Shown here piece by piece: positions 23,771 to 34,270 of a stretch of 64,000 nt of DNA. The translations under genes and the position numbers were made by a program. Under the pieces are notes generated by a model that saw nothing but the letters and a program-made list of their open reading frames with translations, made no database searches and was not told where the DNA came from. This stretch comes from Oikopleura dioica (taxonomy: Eukaryota > Animalia > Chordata). The number at the start of each line of letters is the position of its first letter. Positions within the stretch are counted from its first letter, which is position 1. The stretch is taken from positions 13,268,001 through 13,332,000 of the forward strand of contig OU015566.1 in NCBI GenBank assembly GCA_907165135.1. The letters run 5' to 3'.

Positions 23771-26700
23771 TCAGACTGCACTTCTGACGAGAGAAGCGAT
23801 GCATAGGCGGATAATAGGGCCGTCCATTGGGGATACAGATAGTCTTTATAAATTCGGAAGTCGGCTTCCCAGTCGGAGGTGAAGGAGTCCGTGGTGGCCA
23901 TTTCGTCGAAAGCTCGCGAGTCTTGAAAAGATTTTTGATTGGCTGGAATAATGAAAGCGTTCTTTTGATCGGTCGAAAATGCTCCAACTGTAATATGATT
24001 GGCAATTAGCTTAGCTTACCAAATTCAGGAGCTTGGTCGCACAAGTTAAATGTGCAGCCATTAAGATCCTTCCACGTGACCAAGTTTGACTTGCAGGGAA
24101 TATTCTCTCTCAGCGCTGGGCAAGTAAGATTCCTCGGTCGGGTCCAGAAGTTTTTCTTCCTAGCAACGCGGGCGTAAGAATCGAACATTTTGCTCCACTG
24201 ATTGAAGGAGAAATATCTAAAACGAAAATTATCGAAGTCGGGGGAAAGAGTTGCTTACCTCCATTTGTACCATTTTTCCATCCAGTCCCGATCTTCCTCG
24301 AGTGTCTTGACCCGGATCGAGACAGGAGCTGATTGCAGATTATCGGAAATAGAAGCGACAGAGATTTCGTACTCCGTAGCAGTTTTCAAACTGTAGAAAC
24401 AGATCTAAAACAATATTGAAGAAGATTACTTGGGCGAAGCTTCTTTACCCGTTGATCAGTAATTGGCACTCGTTGAGGTTGTACGATGAAATCTGCGTCG
24501 GAGACTTCATTCAGCGTGATTTTATAAGCATCGACTGAGGCAATCATCTTGTTGAAGACGAGGCAAAGGGTGTTGCTCAACTTTTCGACGGTCAGATTGT
24601 TTCGGTCGACTTCGGTTATTGAATTGTCCTGAAAGATAATGAGTTTATAACTATCTTGAATTCAATTGAAAAAGAAGGCTCGGGCATTATTAGTTTTCAT
24701 GCATAAATCATTCAGAAGTGTCTAACAGACATTTAACATGCAGACAGGCATTCAAACGGAAGCATTCCTCTTTGGGAACCTGTTTTACTGATGTTCTGTT
24801 GCGGTCGACTTCATTGAAAAAATCTCCAGCAGTCGTTAGCTCGTTGAAAAAGCTCGGAGAGGGGGTCGTGAATCCGAAAAGTGAGAAGGGAAGGTCCCCG
24901 CTTGTCGTTCCAAAAAGAAAAGGATCGATGGTGAAATCGTCCATGTTCAAAAACGGGGAGTTAGGGGTTGAGCCGAAAGATAGAATCGGAGAAGCGGTGG
25001 TGCCAAATCCATCGAAGGGAAAAGGGCTGGTGGGACCGTTGGGGTTGAAAAAGACGGAATCGGTGGTCTGAGAGTTCGGGGTCGGATTCGGGTTGAAAAT
25101 GAAGGAGTCGGTAGTGAAATCAAAGAGGATCATGTTTTGGGTCGCATCATTTCCGAAAATAGGAAAAGCGGTGGTAAATCCATTTGGTCGAAAAATCTCG
25201 TCAAGGCTTAGATCGGAATTTACCATTGAGCTTGTTGAAACCATCCGTTGAAATGACACTGGCGTGTTTCGCAGGACAGAATCAGCAGTTGCTGTTTCGA
25301 AGAAAACATCGACATTCGAGATGTATTGAGTTTCGGATTCGAGGTTGCCAACGGTGACGGCGACGTTGTTTCGGTCTTGGAGCTCGGCATCGTCGAAGGT
25401 GGCGGTGGTGCCTTTGATGACTTCGTTTGTCGAAGGGTTGAGGAGTTTTATCACGTATCGGGAGGCGTTTGGAACGCGATTGAAACGAAGCTGAATGGCA
25501 TAGAAATGGATAGTGAAAAATTGCTTACGTTGAGAGTAGAGGGAGAAGAAGTGACAACAATGGATTCTTCGAGTTGTTGTTTGATTTTCTCGCGGACATT
25601 GTTGGCGGAGTCGCATTGCTCGAGTTTGACACATCGCTCGCCGTTCCAAATTGGCGCAAGTGGATCTGGGCAAACGCAGGCAGGCTGAAAATGGATGAAA
25701 AGGAGATCAAAAGGTACTTTGGTAGACATAAGATTTTCACTTCTTGACTTTCGCTTTTCAAAAATTTCTGCTTTAGAAGAAAGTTTTACGACCTCTTTAG
25801 TTTCCTACCTTTGTCAGACTTTATTATATACAATTAGTCATATCGTATCGTTAGTTGACGAGAGTTCAATTACATTTCATTTATTTAGCATAAGCTTTTC
25901 GCCAATTTCGGCTTCTTCAGTGCTTTTGAGATGCAAAGACAGAACTCTTATTATTATACAGAACTCAGAAGTCATATTTGTTTATATTACCTGTCCTTCA
26001 TTACAGACACAGGAGGGGTCATCACAGCTCGGCACACAGCCACAATCGCGCTTCACCAATCCTCGCCGCTCGCAATCTGAAAAATTAGGTCAAGAGATAT
26101 CCAGCCATTTTCGGAACTATCTCATTTCACGCTCCGGTGCGTGCCCTCATGCGGATCAACTGCTGATCTCCCGCGGCGATCAATATTTGAGACTGCTCAG
26201 AGACACTCTTTGTCTTACTCGCGAAAAACAAATTTTCAAACGAAGAAATACGAAAAAAACCAAACCAGAGAGAAACGCTCAAAAACAGAGTTGAAAATGG
26301 AAGTTTGGGGGCAAAAAATATTTGTATGTTTGTTGTTTTTGATATTTCCGATGATCTTTGGAATCGCTCTGCCGTATTTCTCCATGAGAAAGCATCTGAG
26401 AAACAGAAGCTTGCCCAGTTGGTATGGACCGGTTAATGCCATGTCTATTGGGTTGCTTTTTGGAGTGATGATTCTACACTTGATTCCAGGTAAATTTTTA
26501 TATTGAAATTTTTTAACCCTTCCGCGCACGATTGATATAAAAAGGCCTCTAATTCTGTCTCAGACACATATTGGTCAAAATGCGCAAAGGGGTTAAAAAG
26601 CCTATATTCACGAAAAAATATATTTATTTATCTATTTCTATCATAAAAGATGCCTTCGAGGACACAAACGCCGCCCTGGAATCCCTCGGCTTGAGCACTG

Positions 26701-29700
26701 TCTATCCCCTTCCCAGCCTTTTGATTGGCTCGGGTTTCTTCCTCGTGACCTTGGTCGAAGTCATGGTCTCGTTTCATAATGGAGAGCTTCACGACTGCGA
26801 TAATATGTTCGAACATTCGACAAGTGTCAATGGAATTTATACGATGGTTTTTGGGCTTTCTGCGCACTCGCTTTTTGAAGGACTTGCGGTTGGATTGCAA
26901 AGTAGCGCTGCAGGTACGAAATTTGACGGGCGTTTTTATCGAAAAATTCATGATGAATTTAAGATGTTTGGCTTTTGACGGCCGTAATAATGATCCACAA
27001 ATGCCTCTTCGCCCTGATCATGGGAATATCGGCCCTGCGCACCTTAACCGTCACCCAATCCGCCATTTGCCTTTTCGTGTTTTCAATAAGGTAATGACCA
27101 AAAACATACCGAGCGAGGAGAAACTCTCTAAACTTGGAAATGTCTGAAACGCAAACTCAGGCATCATTGTCGTTTGCGGGAAAAATACGTTATCATCAAC
27201 AAACGAGAAACTCGGCGTTGTGAAAACATCGAAGTAGTCGAACGAAAAGCCTGTTGTGAAATCACTCATTTCTCTTTCTCTCGCTCGTGTTTGATTAATG
27301 TAGAAATAGAAAAAAAAAGAAGCTGATGGTGTTCCGCTTTTTAGCTCGAGCGTTGGCGTCGCAATTGGCACAATTATCGAGGCAATTTCAGAAGAGTCGC
27401 CGAAAATGGACTTGACAGGAAAAATTTGCAAAATTTCAAAAAGACGATTTCAATTTTTCGAATCAGCGATTTTAAACATTTGCAAATCTTTAAAAAAAAG
27501 TCGGGGTTTTGGAGAGCATTTCAACTGGGACCTTCGTCTTTGTCGTTTTCATGGAACTGGTGCCTAAGGGAATGGACCTTCATGCTCAAGATGCGTTGAA
27601 AACAGTCGTGTTAGTCATGATCGGTTTCGGAATTATGGCGGCTTTTCAAGCACTAGATCTGATTTCTGGCTAAACATGCAAGCATTTTTTTTACCGAAAA
27701 AATTTCTTCATCCAATTCATCAATTCTCAAAAACTGAAAATAAAAACCGAAAAAGTCAAAAGTCAAAACTTACTCATCGTGAAAACTTCGGCGAAAAAGC
27801 CAGCATCTTCGACAGCATTGTCGGATTCGAATTCCAAGATGATGTTGCTGTCGAAAGTTAGGGTTTGGAGACCGCGGAGACCGCAAAGTTCGTGAAGAAC
27901 TTCACGCTTTTCGAAGTTTTCCGTCGCTGAGGTAATTCGGACGACGTCATGGCAGGTGTTTTCTTTTGGCTTCTCCAAGCTTAAAAATGATAAATGAGAG
28001 CCATAAGAGTGTTCTTAATCTTCTGAATATAACTTTTTTGAGCATATATCCTTGGACTTATTAGGCTTAAACGCTCTATCCCCATCAGAATAAATGACAT
28101 GATTGGCCTTACATTTATAAATAAATAATTACCTGAAAGCTTTGAAATGAACATTGAGAACATCCCCGTTCGTCTTATCAAATTTGATCCTGTAGGCGCA
28201 CTTTGTCATGGGCGGGTACATATTCGGAAAGTCTTTGCTCGCAATGTATTGCTTCTTCGGCCCGACCATCATCAAACTGTTGCATCTATCCTTCCCTTCG
28301 ACATTGGATTTTGGAACAACGGAGAGCTCAAAGTCCATTCCTCCGGTGTTTTCTGGGTCTTCATCTGGCCCTTCTGGGTAGATGATAGTCATGTGCAACG
28401 AGTTCGAATAGAAAGCGGGCAAAACTGAGTCGTTGCAAATCATCGTCGTCGGCATATTTGGCATTGCAGTATCGCCGGTATAAGGGCCAAAAACGGTCAT
28501 GACCTTGGCGCCGCTGCAATCGTCCCGGGCATTCGGAAGGTCAAGGTTTTTGAATTTGACATACAAACTCGTCGTCAAGTCTGGTGTTTGAATAATGTAG
28601 TGACGCTTCGATGTTTTAACATAATTTCCGTTCTGATCGCGAGGAAGGGCGATGAATTGAGGCTTGCTCCCTCGCGCCTCAGCTAGAATTACTTCTGGTT
28701 GAATAAAGGCGCTTCCGAAGCCGTCTGTTATTGGTGAAAAAGTCGTAGTGACAGTGGGCTGAATTGGAGGAATCTGGTTGGTCGTAGTAGATGGAGGGGA
28801 AGTAGTCGTGGTAGGCAGGACGAACTCCGTTGTTGTCTCAGGAAGGGAAGGAAACGTGGAAGTCTCAAGTCCATCAGGGAAGAAAGGAGTTGTCGAAGGA
28901 ATGGAAAAGACGGTGCTCTCAGGGAATATAGGAGTAGTTGTGAAGCCATCGAGATTCAATGATGTCGTGGTTGGAATGGCGGTTGTGCTCGTGAAATCAG
29001 TGTTGATGGTCGTTGTTGTCGTGGTTGTCTCAGGTGTCGAGTCAGTTGTTGTTGATTCTTCCGTTATCTCGTCAATCTTTGGTTCGATTTCTGTTTCGTT
29101 AATTTCTTGGGACTCAGATGCGACACTGGTTGAAGAAGTGGTTGCTGAGCTGGGAGAAACAGTTGATGATGCTTCTGTTGATGTTGTTGTTGTTGTTGAT
29201 TTTGTTGAGCTCGAAGCTGCAGAAGGTTCTGATGCTGATGCTGCGGTTGTTGTTGTTGCTGTTGTTGTTGGCATTTCAGTGGTAGACGCGTCAAAATTGA
29301 AAGTCGAAGAAATTTCGGGAAAGCTGACCGTTGTCGAAGGTGGGAAAGTCATCAATGTTGTCGATTCAAGATCAAATTCATCGAATTTAAAAGTTGTTGT
29401 TGTAATCGTAGGGTTCGTCTCTCCTTCTGTGATTCCTTCCAGAACAAGTGGAGTCGTTAAATCAGCTTCAAACGGATCCAGCGGGCTGTCGGCGTCGATA
29501 GTTTCAAATGGATCGTTCATTGAAGTGCTGGTGAAGCGGATTGTTGTATCCACAGTTGTTGTCAATGATCCAAGAGGAAGGAGGGTGTCTCCTTCAACTG
29601 GCTCCGTTGTTGTTGAACTCGTGGTGGTGGTAGCGGTTGTTGATGTTTCGAGATTTGGAAATGTACTCGAGACAGTTGCGAGGTCTAACATGCGGGTTAA

Positions 29701-32700
29701 TTTTCATGCAATTAGTTGATGCAAAAAGAAACAAGCAAAAACAGTCTCTTACCGTCGAAAAAGCTACTTTCAGTCGCAAAAAAGTCCAAAAACGGTGCCG
29801 TCGTCGCCATCCCAAAGAGCTCGTTAAAAAGAGGAGATTGACTTGTTTGGTCGAAAATGAAGAATCCCTCTGTCGTGAAGTCATTGAAAAACAAGTCTGG
29901 AGCTGCACTTGTCATCATGTCTACCGAGCAGCTAGCTTCGTCGCGGCCAGAGGGACAGTCTGGCATCCCGTCGCAAACTTGGCTCCATCGCAAGCAGGGA
30001 GAGGGAACGGTAGCGTCGCAGGTGTATTCTTCGTTCGGGCAAAGAGCTGCACAGCGCGCCTGAATGTTTGATCGGGGTCAAGCTTGGTTAAATTTCATAG
30101 CTTATCGCGTCTTTTTCGTTTATAAGAGGCCCTCGAAGACTCTGGGACTAAGATTCCTTCTATAGTTTTGAAGCCAAATCGCGTTATAAGAAATAATAAA
30201 AAGAAAAGAAGGAACAGCTTAATTTAATTCCGCCGTAATTTAATCTGTTCCGCCGGCGCTAGAAACCCTCACGCGAGCCCTTAATTTGACAGAATCCTTT
30301 TCAACACGCTTTTCGAGGTTATAATTCTTGTAAAAACATAATTACCTTATGTAGCCGGACGTCGTCGAGTGCGATTTCTCCCTTTTCTCCGGGCCCGACC
30401 ATGCCGATAAAGGTCAAATCCCTTCTTTCACCTGATATGAATTTGTTTGTTTCAAAGTTGATGTCTTGGACGACGCGTTTCCAGCTGGTGCCTTGATCTT
30501 CTTTGATCCGTAGCACGAAGTCTTCCTTTGTCTTGGCTCGTTCGATGTCGTCTGGAGTACCGAGCATGACAACCAATCCGCTGACGTCTTTTCCGTTCGC
30601 ATGATAGTAGAACTCCAGGCAGTATTCATCACCCTCGTTCATTTCAAAAGCAGGGGAGGTTACGATGCCCATATCTTCTTCTCTCTGCCCTTGCGTGATG
30701 AGATACATGTACTGCCCTTGACCAATCACAGAGGAATGGTCTTTCGATGGACCCGTGCCAATGTTGGGACTTTTACCGATTCCTAGCGTCCATTCGGAAA
30801 AATTATCGCTCTCTTTTTCGCTCTTCAAAGACCACCCAGCGCAGAAGCCAAAGTCAAAGTTACAGTCGATCCACCTGTCGCCCAATTTCACGACGATGAA
30901 TTGCCCGGAGAAGCCTCGTTTCCCTGCATTTTCATCGCTGACGAATTTTAACTTCACATTTGCTTGTTGAATCGAAACTGCTTCCGGAAGATCTGAGCCG
31001 CAGAAAGGCTTGTCTTTTAGAGAATTGGTTTTTCCAACGTCATCGACGAACATTTGCAAGTAATCGAAGGTACAGTCGTTTGACTGTTCTATCTCCATGT
31101 CTGCAAAGACGATCCTCAGCTCGTACCCATCGGCTACAGTAATGTCCCAAGTACAGTCGGAATTGTCGGGATAAACCGCGCTTTCATCCGTCCGACTGTA
31201 TCCCGGCGACTGAAAGGGAATCGTCTTTTCCTCGTTTGCCATGATAAAAAACCCGCCATTGCAAGGATCTGAAGAAAGCTTGTTAGTTTATTTTCTAACA
31301 CAGGTTTCAGATACTACCACAGAGTTGAGCTCTTTTGGGAGAAAGCCCCCGGCCCCCTTCCCAGTTCCCCGCGCAGATCACTCTCACCCAGCGTCTCGGG
31401 GAAGTCTAGAAATTTCCCCTCGCTCGTGTTGGGCGCTTCGGAAGAGTCAGACAATTCTGAAGAAAGTAGTTTCGAGATTTTGAGGCGGTTGGCCAATAAG
31501 AGAGCAGGCAAGGGTCCTCGCCTGAATTGCGCGCGCTCAGAGACCACGTTAGAAAATCAAAGCCGCTTTTTCTAACGCTCAGATTCTCCTATCTCCCTAA
31601 AGAGCTCAACTCCATGGTAGTTCCCATGTCTTAAAATGATGTAAGTAGTGTTTCTTAACATTTTAAAACGGCGTCGACATGGCGCGTGAATTTTGCGTTC
31701 AAATTTGAATCGAAAACAAAAGAGGCACTTTAGCAGGTTTTAACCCTTTTCTCCTCATTGACCAAAAATCTGGCAATAATGGACGATAAAGCAGGGTCAA
31801 ATGAAAATCTTAAAATTGATTTAAAAAAGAAAATTTTTAAATAAAACAATTTTTCTTATCAAAAACGCGAAAAAGGAAATAACTTGAGAGGGTTTAAAAT
31901 ATTAATCATTTCCCTAATTATAAAGACGTTGGCAAAGGAAAAAAAAACGGTGCGCAAGTGAAAGTCAAATTAATTCTTTCCTAATTAGGCCGTCCTTGAA
32001 AGATTTAATTATTCTCCTCCTCAGTCGCTCAAAAAAGTCCTACCCAATTTTCAAAGCTTTTCTCCACAAGTGAAGTGTCATTTTCTCTGCACAAACGAGT
32101 GGATGGATTTTGATTCTGAGCGAGAAAAAGAGGAGGAGAGAAATTTAAATTTGATTAAAAATAAGCCGCTAAACTCGGATGACTTAGGAGAACACGACCA
32201 CTTTCTCATCATTTTCTGGTAAAGAGCCATTTTTGGATGAAAAAATAATCTGCTTTAGGATTTCATTGTGCACTTTTCTCGTTGTTGCCTGGTTGATCAA
32301 CGACTATTGGTACAAGGAAAGCTTTAAAATCTTCAGTTTTGAATTTATGATAAAGGAATAAATCTGAGCTTGCGAATAAGAGACACCATGATCGGGTAGT
32401 GACCATGAGTCGCATGCCTAGCGCGAAATTACTAGCTGCCACTAGAATGTACAAAAATGGAATGATCGGCAGAGCAACGTATGACACGATGGTTTCTGAG
32501 CAAAATTTTAGGCTTTCAACAATGGTAAGTCTTGATTTTTATACCAAAAAAAGGAGCTTTTTTAGATAAAGAAAACTGTGAATCCAATCGTGACTTCTGT
32601 CGTCAACGAAAGTTGTGAAAGGTAGCCAATTTTTGACCGTCTTTAAGAGCTCTAGAACGGTCATTTTTAGGGAATCATATAACGAAGCTATTCAAGAAGT

Positions 32701-33251
32701 TCTATAAACAGTCTATTTCTTACTATTTATTTCTGTCTTCCTGATCATTTTCATGTAAAAAAAACAAAACTGAAGCTTCTTTTGAAACTCAATCGCGCCG
32801 GTTTTATGTACACTTCAAAGAAGGAGTACCCCCTCAGGAGATTAATCTTCCTCTCAAAACACAACCGGTGTTTATCAACAAGCTCCGCCAGGTGCTCAAA
32901 CTCAGAAGCGACCATTTGCTCTCTAAATTAAAGCGAAGAAAACTGCTCGTAACAGTTCCAAACATCTCAAGCAGTGAACACCTTTTTGCGGTCTGAGAAA
33001 GTGGCTTCTGCGTTCCCTCCCGCGGCTTCCTTGGTGAATCAAAGCAACAAGAGTTCAAGTCAAAATTTTTTTCATTTCACGTTTTCAATTTTTTTTTGCA
33101 TTATAGAATTGAAAATTCAAGAAAAAAAACTCTTTCTTTTTACAAAAAAAAGTAGCAAAAAAGAGCCTCCCAAATTTCCATCGTAAAGAAAACTCTTACC
33201 TCCTTGAGCAAAAACGACTGAAATCAGTCCCCATATCACGAAGGTATTCAT
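23771..33251 (-). CDS. Large secreted modular protein: signal peptide-CUB-MAM-LDLa-Phe/Thr-rich and mucin-like region-CUB-CUB-TIL-FN3-Phe/Thr-rich-FN3-Cys-containing tail
   Basis: A signal exon at 33200-33251 (MNTFVIWGLISVVFAQG) is phase-compatible with DPCNGG...SPGY (CUB, about 31270). MAM at 30340-30900 (CNFDFGFCAGW...YCLEFYYH...IALDDV), LDLa at 29930-30060, Thr-rich at 28700-29690, CUBs at 27774-28680, TIL split over 26076/25690, FN3-like exons at 25500-25250 and 24630-24250. The first-exon link and the tail are inferred. Confidence 0.75.
26297..27673 (+). CDS. ZIP (SLC39) family metal transporter, subfamily II-like, 5 exons, nested antisense in the CUB-MAM gene
   Basis: GLLFGVMILHLIP, TM4 signature GLSAHSLFEGLAVG, TM5 IMIHKCLFAL, VFSISSSVGVAIG, ESISTGTFVFVVFMELVP. 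TAA at 27671-27673. The last intron (27419-27500) needs a GA donor. Confidence 0.9.
31314..31620. mobile_element. MITE-like element with about 32-bp terminal inverted repeats
   Basis: Left CTACCACAGAGTTGAGCTCTTTTGGGAGAAAG versus the reverse complement of the right end, CTACCATGGAGTTGAGCTCTTTAGGGAGATAG (28/32). GC-rich non-coding interior with a CCAAT box. No TSD seen. Confidence 0.75.
32103..32625 (+). CDS. Small (about 129 aa) single-pass membrane protein, antisense within the first intron of the CUB-MAM gene
   Basis: Four exons (32103-32218, 32259-32316, 32369-32524, 32566-32625) join in frame: MDFDSERE...HFLIIFW|ISLCTFLVVAWLINDYWYK|LANKRHH...STM|IKK...CER*. Introns of 40, 52 (GA donor) and 41 nt. 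No recognised homology. Confidence 0.6.
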
Positions 33252-33863
33252 AATTTTCTCTCGCTTCTATTTCCTCCTTGCTCTTTTTCTTCAAAAAGGG
33301 TTGAAAATTGAAATTAACTCTAACATTTATCCTATAACAAAAATATTATTCATCCCCCGTTTTTCCTTTTTGGAGCAATTTCGCCGCCAATTTTCTATAA
33401 TGTCTTCGTATTAAAATAATCTCTCATATTTTTTTCTTTGTTTTTTTTCTCTCTTTCTTTCTCTTATTTGACTGTTTTGAGGGATTATATACTTTTTTGG
33501 GAATTCTAGCACCGGGAAAATTACTTTCCAATTTCGATACGAAAACCGCACGGTGGTGGCATAGCGCCAAAAAATGATTAACCCGTCTTCGTGAAGTTAA
33601 CCGTGACACGAACGCACGCGCAGATTTTAACCTAATTTGTGTTCGCCCAACCTTGATTGAGTCGTTTATCATTTTCCTCTTGGTTACATAATCCCTCTCC
33701 TTGAATCTCTCCAAGTGTGAAGAGAGAAGTGCGTGTGTGTTTAGTGTTTTGCGCGGAGCGGCGGTGGGTGCGTGCGAGTGGGTTAAGGTGCCGCCGTAGT
33801 CGAAATTGTCGCAATTGAAGGGGACGCGGAGCAGGCCCGGGCCGCGGCACACCAACACTGCAC

Positions 33864-33879
33864 CTGATTGGCCCCGCCC
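33864..33879 (-). promoter_or_regulatory. Adjacent GC box and CCAAT box in a GC-rich island about 620 nt upstream of the CUB-MAM start codon
   Basis: The minus strand reads GGGCGGGGCCAATCAG. The island at about 33700-33970 is much more GC-rich than its flanks. Function is inferred only. Confidence 0.35.
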
Positions 33880-34270
33880 TGCACAAGCACCACCACCGCG
33901 GGCGGTGCGCCAAGCCACATTCTTCAGCATAGAATAAGAACTGCGCGCTAGAATCGTTCTGAGCGCGGACACTGGCTTTGCATAAATACTACCGCTGCAA
34001 AGGAGCTACTTCAAATGAACAATGAATCTTGAAGCAAGACATTTGGGCGATATATCGTTTATTGATAAATAGTATAATAAGAAGTAAGTAAGGTATATAA
34101 TAAGTTCTCCCAGAATATGATTGTTCGTAAATGTTTTTTTTTTTGATTATGGTGAGAGGAAAAAGAAAACGTGAACTCAACAGTTGAAGGGCTTTGAATC
34201 ATAGGGATAATTTCAATGATAGGTAATTTCCTTGAACCGGAAGTCAAACAAGGAAAATATTTTCATGGAG

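Noticed and set aside
28778-29719. 313-aa Val-rich plus-strand ORF
   Set aside because: Antisense shadow of the Thr-rich (ACN codon) mucin exon on the minus strand.
32263-32487. Minus-strand hydrophobic ORF with LLFASSDLFL, reminiscent of YhhN/TMEM86
   Set aside because: Single short motif. The plus strand gives a cleaner four-exon model over the same bases.
32834-33060. Possible extra minus-strand exons forming a small secreted peptide with the 33200-33251 signal exon
   Set aside because: Several mutually incompatible splicings are possible and none gives a recognisable product. The signal exon fits the CUB domain exon directly.
33424-33972. 182-aa minus-strand ORF in the GC-rich island
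   Set aside because: Low-complexity, Arg/Gly-biased translation typical of GC-rich non-coding DNA; no motif or splice support.
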